Of a DNA stretch of 64,000 nt, positions 48,381 through 61,111 are shown piece after piece. The stretch is taken from assembly GCF_030144855.1 (NCBI RefSeq), contig NC_082712.1, positions 13,330,001 to 13,394,000 of the forward strand, given 5' to 3'. The notes beneath the pieces were generated by a model. That model did not search any database. It worked only from the letters and a program-made list of their open reading frames with translations, and had not been told where the DNA came from. Each line of letters begins with the position of its first letter. Position 1 is the stretch's first letter. Both the position numbers and the translations under genes were made by a program. This DNA is from Hypanus sabinus. Its lineage: Eukaryota.

Positions 48381-50409
48381 AATATACTTGGGAGGGGTGC
48401 CTGCGGGTGGTGGTGTTCACATCCACCCGATACCCTGATGTGGAGAGGTGGTGGCTGCTGGAATAGCAGGGCGAGTAACTGCGTTGCGTGTTGTAGACGG
48501 CGCACACCGCGGCCACTGTGCGCTGGCGGTGGAAGGAGGGAGTACTGACTGGGTGCTCAAGTGGTCACTGTTGTCCTGGGTTGTGTGATGTTGTAGTTGT
48601 ACAAGATGTTGGTGAAGACATATTGAGTACAGAGTTGGGATATTATATTGAAGTTGAGAAGAATAACATAATAATTTATAATACTAAAGAACACAATAAG
48701 TATTAGTACATTAGACAGCTTATATACGTGGATTGATTGTATATACATAAAGTTCCATATGAATGACAACTTTATCATTTCCTGTCAGTCACCTGAAGTA
48801 CAGACACTCCTGAGCCTGGAGTCACTTTATGGACATAAAGTCTATCTGTCAATCTATATATCAATCTATGTATAGAAACTATCATATGTACAGTATTTAT
48901 ATTTATTGTGTTATTATTATTGGCTCTTTATTTTATTGTATTTTTGTGCTGCATTGGATCCAGAGTAACAATGGTTTTTTTCTGCTTCACACTTGTGGCC
49001 ATCTATTGAATACCAAAAGGACGCAGAGAACACTGGACGGTCCAGCACAGTACAGTCCCTTCAGCTCTCAATGTTGCTCCAATCTTTTATCCTGCCCCAA
49101 GATCAATCTAACCCTTCCCTCCCACATAACCCTCCATTTCTCTTCCATCAGTGTGTCTATCTAAGTGTCCCTAATGTCTCAGCCTCTACGACCACCAGGA
49201 CGTTCCACACACCCACCACTCTCAGTCGAAAACTTACTCCCTATACTTTCACCAGTCACCTTAAAATTAGACCCTCTCATATTAGCCAGTTCTGCTCTGG
49301 GTATGTAAGTAACTCTGTCTTGTTGGACATGGTCATAGTTTGACCCCCATCTCAACCTCCCAATGAAGCCGTGTTGTTGATAGAGTCATTCCAGTCTCAC
49401 CACCTTCTGAGTTCCTCTTAAAATTTTCACCTTTCACCCTCTACCCGTGACCTCTGTTTGTAGTCCCACCCATCCTCAGTGGAAAAAGCCTGCTTGCATT
49501 TACCCTATCTGTAAAGGATGCAAGAACTGCATTAGGATCTCAGCTTGAAATGTTGACAGTTTATTCCTCTCCATTGGTGCTGCCTGATTTGCTGAGTTCC
49601 TCCAGAATTTTGTGTTTGTTGCTCGAGATTTCCAGCTTTTGTTTATTGCTTGCCAGAAGCTTTACAAGTTCAATAATCTACCTGACAATAATGGACATTT
49701 TGATCGAGTGCTCTATTGGATTGCTGTTTGCAAAACTGTCACAGGTTCCACTGAAGTGCATTGAAGTGAGAGGTTTTACTGCTTGATGGCATTGAGCACT
49801 GGTTGTAGCCCTTTTAAAAGGCCATTCTGCCCATTGACCTCAGGCTGGCTCCATGCAAAAGCACAAACAGGAAAGATTTGGCAGATGCTGGAAATTCAGA
49901 GCCACATAAAATGCTGGAGAAACAGCAGGTCAGGCAGAATCTATGGAGGGGAATAAACTGTTGAGGTTTTGAGACAAGACCTTTCATCAAATTCCATACA
50001 GGCAACTGTGGGAATTGAACCCAGGTTGCTGGTTCTGTAACAGCATAACTGTAACCACTGTACACTGTAACCACTGTAGCAACTCGCAATTTTAGAAGGA
50101 TTTATTATCCTTCTTCACCCCATTTTCCTGCCTTCTCCACATAACCTTTGATGCCTTTAGAAGTCAAAAACCTATCAACCTCTGCATTAAGTACACCCAA
50201 TGACGGTCTCCACAAACTTCTGTGGCGATAAATTCCACAGATTCAACCCCTTCTGGCTAAAGACATCCCTCCTCATCTCCATTCTAAAGGTACGTCCCTC
50301 TAAGCTGAAGCTGTGCACTATGGAGTAACACACAGGAAATGGTGGAGGAATTCAGCAGATCAGCCATCAACTACTGAGAGGAATATACAGTCATCGTTTT
50401 GGGCTGGAA

Positions 50410-53400
50410 AGGATGGGGACAGTCCACAATATCCTGAAATGGGAGGGTGAGCAGCCAGAGGTTGTGGTACATATTGGTACCAACGACAAAGGCAGAAAAA
50501 GGGTGGATGTCCTAAAGACAGAATACAGGGAGATCGGAAGGAAGCTGGGAAGCAGGAGCTCGAAGATAGTAATCTCGGGATTGCTGCCTGTGCCACACGA
50601 CAGTGAGTATAGGAATAGAATGAGATGGAGAATCAATGTGTGACTGAAGGATTTTTGGATCATTGGGACCTGTTCTGGGGCAGGTATGACCTGTACAAAG
50701 AGGACGGGTTGCACTTGAATCTGAGGGGGACCAATATCCTTGCGGGGAGGTTTGCTAAGGCTGTTGGGGAGGGTTTAAACTAGAATTGCAGGGTGTGGGA
50801 ACCGAAGTGAAAAGGCAGAAGATGGGGAGGTTGGAGCACAAGTAGAGACAGTAGTGAGTTTGTGAGGAGGGATGGGCAGATGTTAGAGCGAAGTTGCACT
50901 CAGCCTTTTGGTTTGAGATGTGTCTATTTTCATGCAAGGAGTATCATAAACAAGACTGATTAACTTAGAGCGTGGATCAATACATTGACGTTGTGGTCAT
51001 TACAGAGACTTGGATGCCTCAGGAATAGGAATGGCTGCTGATTATGCCTGGCTTCAGAGGTTTCAAAAAGAACAGAGAGGGAGGCAAAAGAGCTGGGGGC
51101 ATGACATCGCTAATTAGGGATAGTGTCATGGCTGCAGAAAAGGAGGAAGTCATGGAGGGATGGTCTACTGAGTTAGTGTGGGTGGAGGTCACAAACAGAA
51201 AGGGGTAATAACTCTACTGGGTGTTTTTACAGACCCTGCAATAGTAATGTGGATACCGAGGAGTAGATAGGGAGACAGATTATTCTAATAATAGGGTTGT
51301 TGTGATTGGTGATTTTAACTGTCCTACTATTGACTGGAATCTCCCTAGAGAGAGGGGTTTAATGGGGTGGAGTTTGTTAGGTGTGTTCAGGAAGGCTTTC
51401 TGACACAATATGTAGATAAGCCAACAAGAGGAGAGGCTGTACTCGATCTGGTATTGGGAAATGAACCTGGTCATGTGTCAGATCTCTCTGTGGGAGAACA
51501 TTTTGGAGGTAATGAGCACAACTCTGTCTTCTTCACCATAGCTCTGGAGAGGGATAGGAGCGGACAATTTGGGAAAACACGTAATTGGGGTCGGGGGAAA
51601 TATGATGCTGTTAGGCAGTGTGATGAACCCCTAGGTCTATCTTGCTGTGGACTGTCATTTTAAGAGAGAATGCCTGAGTGACGTCAGCCACCAGCTTTCT
51701 CAGCTCCTGTTTGATTCTCACTAAGAGAGAGAGAGGGGCAGAACTGTTCACCTCTGCAGCTTGTTTTGATTTAAGCAAGGACACTCACTCACACACAGTC
51801 AGTCGCAGTTGGAGTCGGACAAGGGAAGGAAGCCAGTGACTAAGGGGTCATGGTTGGAACTTCCGAGTGCCCACAAGGGTGGGTTGAGCATTGACCCAGC
51901 ACGTTGATAAGTGGCTATCACGTTGTGTGAATGGGGGCAATCTTGTGGAATCTACCTATGTGTTAACCCTTGCCTGGGTGGTAGTTCCATTTGTAGTTCC
52001 CTTATCCTTGTGATAAGCTACTATTGGTGATAATCTGTAAAAGGATTTGAAAAACAACGGATAAATCCTATGGCAATTGTTATCTTGTTTTACCACCATG
52101 GAACTTGTGGAATACGACATAAATGCCCTCTCTCGACATTCACCTTGGATTACAAATCTCTCTCTCACATCATTTAATCTGAGGATGAACTGAACTTTCA
52201 TACCTCACCATCTCACGATTTTAAGCCTGGAGCCCCCCCGCCCCCCGAGCTCAGTAGTTTGGGAGTTATATTTACACATATGGATACTCATAACACTGTT
52301 AACTTTTGATTATTCTTGTTTACACTGCTATGTTAAGTAGATACTAATAAAGATAGTGGTTTCAACATCAAATCCAGACTACAGGCGTGGTCTATTGCTG
52401 CTGGCTCATTTAAACCATTATGGGTACGTAACAAACAGGAACTTAGGAGAATAAATTGGGAGATGTTCTCAATGAAATGCACGGCCAAAATGTGTCAAAT
52501 ATTCAGGGAAGATTTGCATGGAGTTCTGCATAGGTATGTTCCATTGAGGCAAGGAAAGGTTGGTAGGGTTAATGAACCATGGTGTACAAAGGATGTAGAA
52601 AATCTAGTTAAGCAGAAAAGAAAAGCGTACAAAAGGTTCAAGAAACTAGGTACTGTTAGAGCTCTAGAAACTTCCAAGGTTGCTAAGAAGGAGCTTAAGA
52701 ATGGAATTAGGAGAGCCAGAAGGGGCCATGAGAAGGTCTTGGTGAGCAGGATTAAGGAAAACCCTAAACATTCTACAAGTATGTGAAGAGCACGAGGGTG
52801 ACCCGTGTGAGAATAGGACCCATTAGGTGCGATGGTGGAAACGTGTGCATGGAGAGAGAATGTGCCAGACCTTTCGAAAAGCATAAAGTTAGATAGTTCA
52901 CTGGGACTGGATGAGATATAGCCCAGGGTACTGTGGGAAGTGAGGGAGGAGATTGCTGAGCCTCTTGCAATGATCGTTGCATCATCGATAGGAATGGGAG
53001 AAGTACCAGAGTATTGGAAGTTTACAAATGTTGTTCCCTTGATCAAGAAAGGGAGTAGAGATAACCCAGGAAAGTATGGACCAGAGAGTCTGACTTCAGT
53101 GGTGGGCAATTTCCTGGACAATATCCTGAAAGGCAGGATTTATGAGTATTTGGAGAGACATCATCTGATTAGGGATAATCAGCATGGCTTTGTCAAGGGC
53201 AGGTCGTGCCTTACGAGCCTGATTGAAGTCCCTGAGGATGTAACAAAACACATGGATGAAGGTAAATCAGCTGATGTAGTGAATATGGATTTCATTTGGG
53301 CATTCCATAAGGTTTCCCATGCAAGGCTCCTTCGGAAAGTCAGGAGGCATGGGATCCAAGGAGACCTTGATTTGTGGATCCAGAATTGGCTTGACCACAG

Positions 53401-54430
53401 AAGACAAAGGGTGACGTAGATGGTCCATGTTCTGCATGGAGGTCGGTGGACTGTGGAGTTTCGCCAGGATCTGTACTGGTTTCCGTCCTCGTTGTAATTT
53501 TTAAGTGACCTGGATGAAGAAGTAGAAGGATGGGTTAGAAAGTTTGCTGATGACACAAAGATTGGAGGTGTTTTGGATAGTGTGGAGGGCTGTCAGAGGC
53601 TACAGTGGGAAATTGATAGGATGCAGAACTGGGCTGAGAAGTGGCATATGGACTTCAACCTGGATAAGTGTGAAGTGGTTCATTTTGCTAGGTCAAATAT
53701 GATGGCAGAATATAGTATTAATGGTAAGTCTTGGCAGTGTGGAGGATCAAAGAGATCATTGGGTCTGTGTTCATAGGACACTCAAAGCTGCTGCACAGGT
53801 TGACAGTGTTGTTAAGAAGGTATATGGTGTGTTGGCATTTATCAGTTGTCGGATTGAGTTCAAGAGCCAAGAGGTAATGTTACAGCGATATAAGACCCTG
53901 GTCAGACCCTACTTGGAGTACTGTGCTTAGTTCTGGTCACTTCACTACAGGAAGAATGTGGATACTATAGAGAGTGCGAAGAGGAGATTTACGAGGATGT
54001 TGCCTGGATTGGGGAGCATACCTTATGAGAATAGGTTGAGTGATCTTGGCCTTTTCTCCTTGGAGTGACGGAGGATGAGAGGTGACCTGATAGGGGTGTA
54101 TAAGATGACGAGGGGCATTGATCATGTTGATACCCAGAGGCTTTTTCCCAGGGCTGAAATGGCTAAAATGAGGGGGAATAGTTTGAAGGTGCTTGGAAAT
54201 AGGTACCGAGGTGATGTCAGGAGTAAGTTTTTCACAAGTGAGTGCGTGGAATGCACTGTCAGTGGCGGTGATGAAAGTGTATAATAGGGTCTTTTAAGAG
54301 CCCGCAAGAGTACGTGGAGCTTAGAAAAGTAGAGAACTATGCGCTAGGGAAATTCTAGGCCGTTTTTAGAGCAGGTTTCCATGGTTGGTACAACATTATG
54401 CTACGAAGCACCTGCAATGTTCTGTAAATT
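50410..54430 (+). mobile_element. Decayed CR1 (ORF1 end plus ORF2) with an LTR inserted
   Basis: VVVHIGTND, FLTQYVDKPTRGEAVLDLVL, QHGFVKGRSCLTSL, KFADDTKIGG, LVRPYLEYC; 3' tail at about 54420-54448. Confidence 0.88.
51619..52433 (+). mobile_element. Solo-LTR-like insertion (about 815 bp)
   Basis: TGTGATG...GTAACA ends, AATAAA near the 3' end; CR1 frame resumes on both sides (ttaggcag|...|aacaggaactt); TSD only imperfect. Confidence 0.6.
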
Positions 54431-54459
54431 TCTATATTCTGTGTTCTAAGACAATATAC

Positions 54460-54830
54460 AAAGGTGGGGGGGAGGGGATGGAGTACAAGATGGTGGTGAG
54501 AGAAGAGACCAGGTGAGAGAGAGGGTGTCTGGGTAGGGCAGTGGAATGAAGTAAGAAGCTAGGAGGTGATAGGTGGAAAAGGTAAAGTGCTGAAGAAGAA
54601 GGGATCTGATAGGATAGGAGAGTAGACCATGGGAGGAAAGGATGGAGAAGGGGAATCAGAGGGAGGTGATAGGCAGGTAAGGAGAAAAGGAGGGCGTATC
54701 AGAGAGAAGGGAGAAGGGAGGAGAAATTACCACAACTTGGAGAAATCGATGCTGATGCTTTCAGGATGGAGGACCCCCCCCCCCCCCCCGATGGAATCTG
54801 AGATGTTCTTCCACCAAATGACTATAGGAA
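54460..54830 (-). mobile_element. Penelope 3' region fragment
   Basis: Reverse of EEQHL.F.L / MNIDFSNF plus a purine-rich reverse UTR. Confidence 0.55.
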
Positions 54831-55029
54831 AGATGTTCTCCAAATCCACTCTACCCAGGCCTATCAATACTCAAACCGACTACAGGAACAATCCTCTCCA
54901 CATACACTCTATCTAGGCCTATAAATATTCAGGTTACCTATCAGGTTGCAAAGAGATCCCCCCTCAATGACTATAACCTCTTGATTCTTATTCTCGGTGT
55001 CCTTTCCCCTTCTCCACCCAGGCTAAAGT

Positions 55030-55585
55030 CATGAAGTTTTGTTACAGCCTTATAAAACTCTAGCTAGGCCACATCTGGAGTATTGTGTACAGTTCTGGTC
55101 ACCCCACTGTAGGAGGTATGTTGAGGCTTTGGAGAGGGTACAGACGAGGTTCACCAGGATGATGCCTGGATTAGAGGGCATGTGCTATATGTTTTCTCTG
55201 GAGCGACGGAGTCTGAGGGGAGATTTGATAGAGTTTGTAAGATTATGAGAGGCACAGAGAGAGCAGACAGAGAGTATCTTCCTCCCAGGGTTGAAATGTC
55301 TAACACCAAAGGCCTGCGTTGAAGGTGAAAGGGGTTTAGAGGGGATGTGAGGGGTAAATGTTTTACACAGACAGTGCCGGGTGACTGGAATGCTCTGCCT
55401 GGGGAGGTGTTACAGGCAGATACATTAGTGGCTTTTAAGAGACATTTTGATCAGCACATGAACAGACATTGGACATTGAAATGGACATTGTGTAGGCAGA
55501 GGGGTTAGTTTAGTAGGTCACTAATTTAATTGGTTTAGCACAACATTGTGGGCTGAAGGGCCTGTGCCTGTGCTCTACTGCTCTG
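55030..55585 (+). mobile_element. CR1 3' end
   Basis: LARPHLEYCVQFWSP, FSLERRSLRGDLIE, 3' tail. Confidence 0.8.
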
Positions 55586-56174
55586 TGTTGTATGTTCTCA
55601 TGTTAAATACAGTAAATCTATGATCATCTGCTACTGAGAAATCCCGGTTGTTGCCTCCCTGGCTCACCAGGTGCCTGTGGTTCACGGAGCCATTCTGTTT
55701 CCCATTATCAGGTAATAAAAATGAACTTCTGACATCACGATCGACCACAACGTGAGTAACACACAAAATGCTGGAGGATCTCAGCAGCTCAGGCAGCTTC
55801 TATGGAGGGGAATAAACAGTCAATATTTTGGCCTGGGACCCTTCACCAGGACTGGAAAGGAAGGTGAAAGATGCCAGAATCTGGTGGTGAGGGGAGGGGG
55901 AATGGCTGGGTTGTTCTTACACAGGGCCAGTATGAACTCAATGGGCTGAATGTCCTCCTGAATGCTACAACTGTTCCGTCACTCCGTGCTAATTCCAAGA
56001 GCTCTCCTCTCCGTAACCGGTGCCCCCGATTCTCCAAACACTTCCCCACCTGAAAATGAAGTGGCAGGATTGTAAAAGCCATCGGCCCCGGGGAACAGAC
56101 GAGAATGACAAACCCCCGAAACCCTGACTCGACCCCAGCCTGTAACGCTCTATATTTCAATAAGAGTCTGAGGT

Positions 56175-56730
56175 GAACTGGTTTGTCACCAGAGACACTG
56201 GCAAATTTCTACAGAGATACCTGGGGAGCGTTCTAACTGGCTGCATCACCGTCTGGTCTGGTGGGGCCACTGCTCAGGATCAGAAAGACCAGCAGAAAGT
56301 TATAAACTCAATCAGCTCCATCGTGAGCACTGGTGTCCCCAGCACCCAGGACACCTTCAAAATGCAACGCCTCAAAAAGGTGGCATCCATCATTACGGAC
56401 CCAGCACCCAGGACATGCCCTCTTCTCATTGCCACCATCAGGGAGGAGGAACAGGAGCCTGAAGACACACACTTACCAATTCAGGAACAGCTTCTTCCCC
56501 TCCACCATCAGATTTCTGAATGGTCAATGAATCCATGAGCTCTTCCTCAGAATTTTTCCACTCTTTTTGCCCAACTTGTTTATTTCCTTTCCTTAGTTTA
56601 TATGCACTGACTGCAATTTATAGGTTTTATTATTATACATTGCCTTGAACTGCTGCCGCAAAACAACAAATTTCATGACATACGCCAGTGATGCAATCTC
56701 GTTGTCTATTCTATTGTTTCTATATTAAAT
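56175..56730 (+). mobile_element. Rex1 3' end
   Basis: VLTGCITVW, KKVASII; (TCTGAT)n tail. Confidence 0.75.
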
Positions 56731-56959
56731 CTGATTCTGATTCTGACGTAACCCCCACTCCGGTCTCTACAGCACCAACTGCAGCGTGTAGCCCACTCCT
56801 GAGTATCCATTATTGCACATGTAAACCCCCCAGCCTGGACCCTCCTATGGATCACAGCCTGTTCCCAGTCCTGGATATCCATTACTGATCATTTAGTTGT
56901 CAGGCCCTGCTGGTGTATCTGGAAGATCGCTGAAATCCTGTGTCAATCAACTGTTGGGA

Positions 56960-57270
56960 AAGATGAAGGATGTCTTCAATCCTTCACTGCTGCAGTCAGA
57001 AGCCCCACCTGCTTCAAAAGGGTAACATCAGACCGGTCGATGCCCAGGCAGAGCAGGGTGAGCTGCCTTAACGACCATCACCCAGTGGCACTCACATCTA
57101 CTGCCATGAAATGCCTTGAGAGGTTGGTCTTGGCTGGAATCCACTCCTGCCTCAGGAAGAGCCTGGGCCCATGGCAATTTGCCCGTCACCACAACAGGTC
57201 TACAGTAGATGCAATCTCACTGGCTTCTCACGTGGCCTTGGCTCACCCGGACAACAGCAAAACCTTTGCA
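56960..57270 (+). mobile_element. Rex1 RT fragment
   Basis: SCLNDHHPVALTSTAMKCLERLV, HNRSTVDAI. Confidence 0.8.
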
Positions 57271-57299
57271 CTGCTTATCAAATTGAACTTTTATATATA

Positions 57300-57870
57300 T
57301 TTATTGTAAAGTTGGAGGTGAAGTTAATGAAGTCGACGAGCTCAGCATGTGTGCAGGAAGCAGCGCCGATGCAGTCGTCGATATAACGTAAGAAAAGAGG
57401 AGAACAGATACCGGTGTAGGCTTGGAACATAGATTGCTCCACATGGCTGACAAAAAGGCAGGCATAGCTAGGACCCATGCGGGTGCCCATGGCTACAGCT
57501 TTAGTTTGGAGGAAGTGGGAGGAGCCAAGGAGAAATTGTTAAGCGTGACGACTAATTCCGCAAGGCGGAGAAGAGTGGTGGTAGAGGGTGACTGACTGGG
57601 TCTGGAATCCAGGAAGAAACGGAGAGCTCGGAGACCTTCCTGGTGGGGGATAGAGGTATATAGGGACTGGACGTCCATGTTGAAAATGAGGTGGTGGGGG
57701 CCAGGAAACTTGAAATCTTTGAAGAGATGTAAAGCATGGGAAGAATCACGGACATAGGTGGGAAGGGTTTGAACAAGGGGAGATAAAACAGAGTCGAGAT
57801 AGGCAGAAATGAGTTCAGTGGGGCAGGAGCAAGCAGAGACAATGGGTCTGCCTGGACAGGCAGGTTTGTG
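57300..57870 (-). mobile_element. Penelope-like RT fragment
   Basis: IHKP.CPGRPIVS, MDVQSLYTSIP, MGTRMGPSYACLF, FLRYIDD. Confidence 0.9.
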
Positions 57871-58469
57871 AATCTCCATGTCTGTTTCCCAGATTTTTCA
57901 CCCACTTTCCCCACCTTCCCCACGCTTGACCCGGTTCCACCTGCCAGACGCATCTCCCCCAGTGGGTCCCATTCTCATCTCAGAGTATCAGGCTGGAGAG
58001 TGAGTCCTTGGTGGTCCTCCCTCAAACAACTGATTACAATCACCTCTCTCCATCTGAATCTCCTTTCCTTCCCTCTTCTCCATCTGTCACCACTTACCAC
58101 ATCTCCCATCCCCCTTCCCCTCCCTACCCAGCACAACCTGCCCTTAACCTCACACCCCACCTCAATCACCTCAGACCCGTCTCACCCCACCTCAATCCTC
58201 AATCACCTGATACTCCTGTCCCACCCTCCTCAATCTATCAATCACCTCAGTATCCTGTCCCACCCCTCCTCTATCACCTCTGACTCCTCTCTCACCCCTC
58301 CTCTGTCCATCAATCACCTCAGATTCCAGTTTCACTTCCCCTTTCCCTCTGGCCATTCGACATTCCTCTAACAGTCCCGATGCAAACCAAGACTTCAACG
58401 TCTTTTCACACCCACAGATGCAGCTCGACCGGCTGAATTCCTTCAGCAGATTGTTGTTCAAATATCGTC

Positions 58470-58655
58470 CTCTATCTCTCTCTCTCACTCAATTTCTCAC
58501 TCACTCTCTCTATCACTGCCTCTCTCTCTCTTTCACTGTCTCTCTCTATCTCACTCTCTCTCATTCACTCTCTCACTCTCACTCATTCACTATCTCTCTC
58601 TCTGACTCTCTCATTCACTCACTCACATACACTCTCACTATCTCTCTGTCCCCAG
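58470..58655 (+). repeat. (CT/CTCA)n low-complexity tract forming the splice acceptor region
   Basis: Pyrimidine-rich repeat ending in cccag at 58651-55. Confidence 0.85.
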
Positions 58656-59039
58656 ACTATTCGATATATGGTTGGTCAATTTCCGGCGCTGATGTGGTCT
58701 CGGCAGTGGAAGGAGCCTCCGCCGTGTTACCGTGTACTTTCACCCACCCACCTCCTGATGTCGCCCTGAACGGCTCCGTGATCTGGTACAAGACCGAACC
58801 AGGTGCTACAAAACCGGTGTTTAAGTGCACACATCCCGGTTCCGGCCCCTCCGGGTGCGATACAACGACACAGGAGGCTGGAGGAGGGCGGTTCCGATTC
58901 GTGGGGAACCTCAGTCGGAGAGATGCCTCGATAATGGTGGATCGACTGAACCGGAGTGACGGTGGTCGGTATCGGTGCCGGGTGGAGCTCAATGTTGACA
59001 GCTTTCAAACGGTGGTTCTAACAAATCTGTCTGTGAGAG
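58656..59039 (+). CDS. SIGLEC15: Intact Ig V-set exon, sialic acid-binding Ig-like lectin 15-like (paralog or ortholog not resolved)
   Basis: 384-nt phase 1-1 exon (cccag| ... G|gtgagg) with no stops. It encodes VLPCTFTHP, IW..EP, VFKC...GC, GRFR..GN and YRCRVE, matching my recollection of SIGLEC15 including the essential Arg after the F-strand Cys and the extra Cys pair. Confidence 0.85.
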
Positions 59040-60180
59040 GTGAGGACCGATGTTTAAGCATTGAGTTGTAAATCTACACTAATCATTTCACATTTCATCT
59101 CACTGAAAGCTCATTTTATTCATAATGTACAAGTATATTTTGCAGGACGATCATGTCAAATAGATGTGATTGTCATGTGCACTAGCACATAGAACAACAG
59201 CACTGTACAGGCCCTTCAGCCCACAATGTTGTGCTGACCCTTAAACCTGCTCCAAGATCAATTTCTCCCCCTTGCCTCCCACATGCCCTCCATTTTTACA
59301 TCATCCGTGTCTCTAAGAGTCTCTCTCCCTCTCCCCTCCCTCTCCCCCCCCCCCCCACTCTCCGCCCTCCCCCTCTTCCCCTCCCCCTCCCTCTCCCCTC
59401 CCTCTCCCCCTCCCTCTCCCCTCCCTCTCTCTCCCTCCCCCTCTCTCCCCGGTCCGTGACGCTGCTGCCATTTCAGTCAGCAATGAAGGGCCTCCATCTC
59501 TGGCAGCATTCGGGGCTTCCTTCATCGTGTCAGTAGCTTCCTCTCGGTTTTCACTGCTGTCAGTCATACAATTCCCGAGTGGGACTCAGGAATACCGTCA
59601 CACTCAGATGTCGAAGGATTCTCCATTGCAGTTTCCATAACAACATTGTTTTACCCGTCAGGGTTGTTACCCTGAGCTGAACCCCCGAACCTGGAGGATC
59701 AGTGATCCTCTCTTACAGAGAATATAGAAACAGAAATCTACAGCACATTACAGGCCATTCGGCCCACAATGCTGTACTGACCATGTAACCTACTCTAGAG
59801 AGATTACCTCTTTCTTTTTCAATCTTTTTATTAGTTTTTATAAAAAAACATAATATTATATTAAATAGGTTATGAATACAATAGATTTGAAATTAAATTA
59901 GTAACAAGATAAAAATATCTTATTAAACTATCAGCGAAAAAAGATCGTACAATAATCAATCTAATCTACATTGATTATACATGAAAAAGATTAAAAATAA
60001 TCATCAAAAGAAAAAAAAGTATAAAATACAAGAAAAAATGTATATTTAAGAAAATAATGAAAAAAAACTAAACTAACATGGGCAGTAATAATAGTTTATA
60101 TGTATATGATAGTGTCAAAAAACTCCGGAACTCCATACCAGAACAAGAATAATAAGAATAAAGGTCCGGAAGAAGCCAAA

Positions 60181-60987
60181 TTAATTCATATGAAAGTGTC
60201 GAATGAATGGTCCCCAAGTTTCTTCAAATTTAATTGATGAATCAAAAATAGTACTTCTAATTTTCTCTAAACTTAAACAAGAAATAGTTTGAGAGAACCA
60301 CTGAAATGTGGTAGGAGGATTTATTTCTTTCCAATTTTGTAATATAGATCTCCTGGCCATTAATGTTACAAAGGCAATCATTCGTCTAATTGAAGGGGAG
60401 AATCGACTATCATCTTCATTTGGTATACCAAAAATTGCAGTGATAAAATGAGGTTGTAAATCAATATTCCAAATTGAGGAAATGGTAGCAAATATGTCCT
60501 TCCAATAATTATGTAAAGTAGGACATGACCAAAACATGTGGGTCAATGAAGCCACATCTAAATGACATCTGTCACATTGAGGGTTAACATGAGAATAAAA
60601 CCGAGCAAGCTTATCTTTAGACATATGAGCTCTATGTACAACCTTAAATTGTATTAAAGCATGTTTAGCACATATAGAAGAAGAATTAACCATTTGTAAA
60701 ATTTTTTCCCATTTTTCCGTTGAAATATTGTATTGAAGTTCTTTTTCCCATTCCTGTTTAATTCTACCCGATACCTCTGGTTGTATTTTCATAATCATAT
60801 TATAAATAAGAGCCACTAATCTCTTCTGACAGGGATTTAAAGTAAAAATCATATCTGAAAAATCTATCAAAGCTGAATTAGGAAAGGATGGTAAAACTTT
60901 ATGCAAAAAGTTTCTAATTTGTAAATATCTAAAAAAATTAGATTTAGGTAATTTAAATTTGTTAGAAAGTTGATCAAAAGACATCAA
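60181..60987 (-). CDS. L1 ORF2 C-terminal domain (separated by about two frameshifts near 61000-61150)
   Basis: CDRC...HMFWSC zinc-knuckle motif and WGPF end. Confidence 0.88.
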   Translation of the reverse strand: MMSFDQLSNKFKLPKSNFFRYLQIRNFLHKVLPSFPNSALIDFSDMIFTLNPCQKRLVALIYNMIMKIQPEVSGRIKQEWEKELQYNISTEKWEKILQMVNSSSICAKHALIQFKVVHRAHMSKDKLARFYSHVNPQCDRCHLDVASLTHMFWSCPTLHNYWKDIFATISSIWNIDLQPHFITAIFGIPNEDDSRFSPSIRRMIAFVTLMARRSILQNWKEINPPTTFQWFSQTISCLSLEKIRSTIFDSSIKFEETWGPFIRHFHMN

Positions 60988-61111
60988 ACTACCTTCAGAA
61001 AAAAGATCACGAAAACATATTATACCTTTCCTTTTCCATATGCTAAAAGCTTGATCTATTAAAGAAGGTTTAAAGAAAAAATTAAGATAGGGCTATCAAG
61101 AACGAAGTTTT

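Noticed and set aside
55843-56170. CpG-rich unique segment / minus-strand ORF as a leader exon (MAFTILPLHFQ|gt)
   Set aside because: The ORF starts at TTG, the hydrophobic core is weak, the donor is phase 0, and it is on the opposite strand to the Ig exons. Left unassigned.
57868-58488. Pro/Ser/His-rich ORFs upstream of the V exon as extra exons
   Set aside because: They derive from pyrimidine-rich low-complexity sequence; the true acceptor is at 58654-55.
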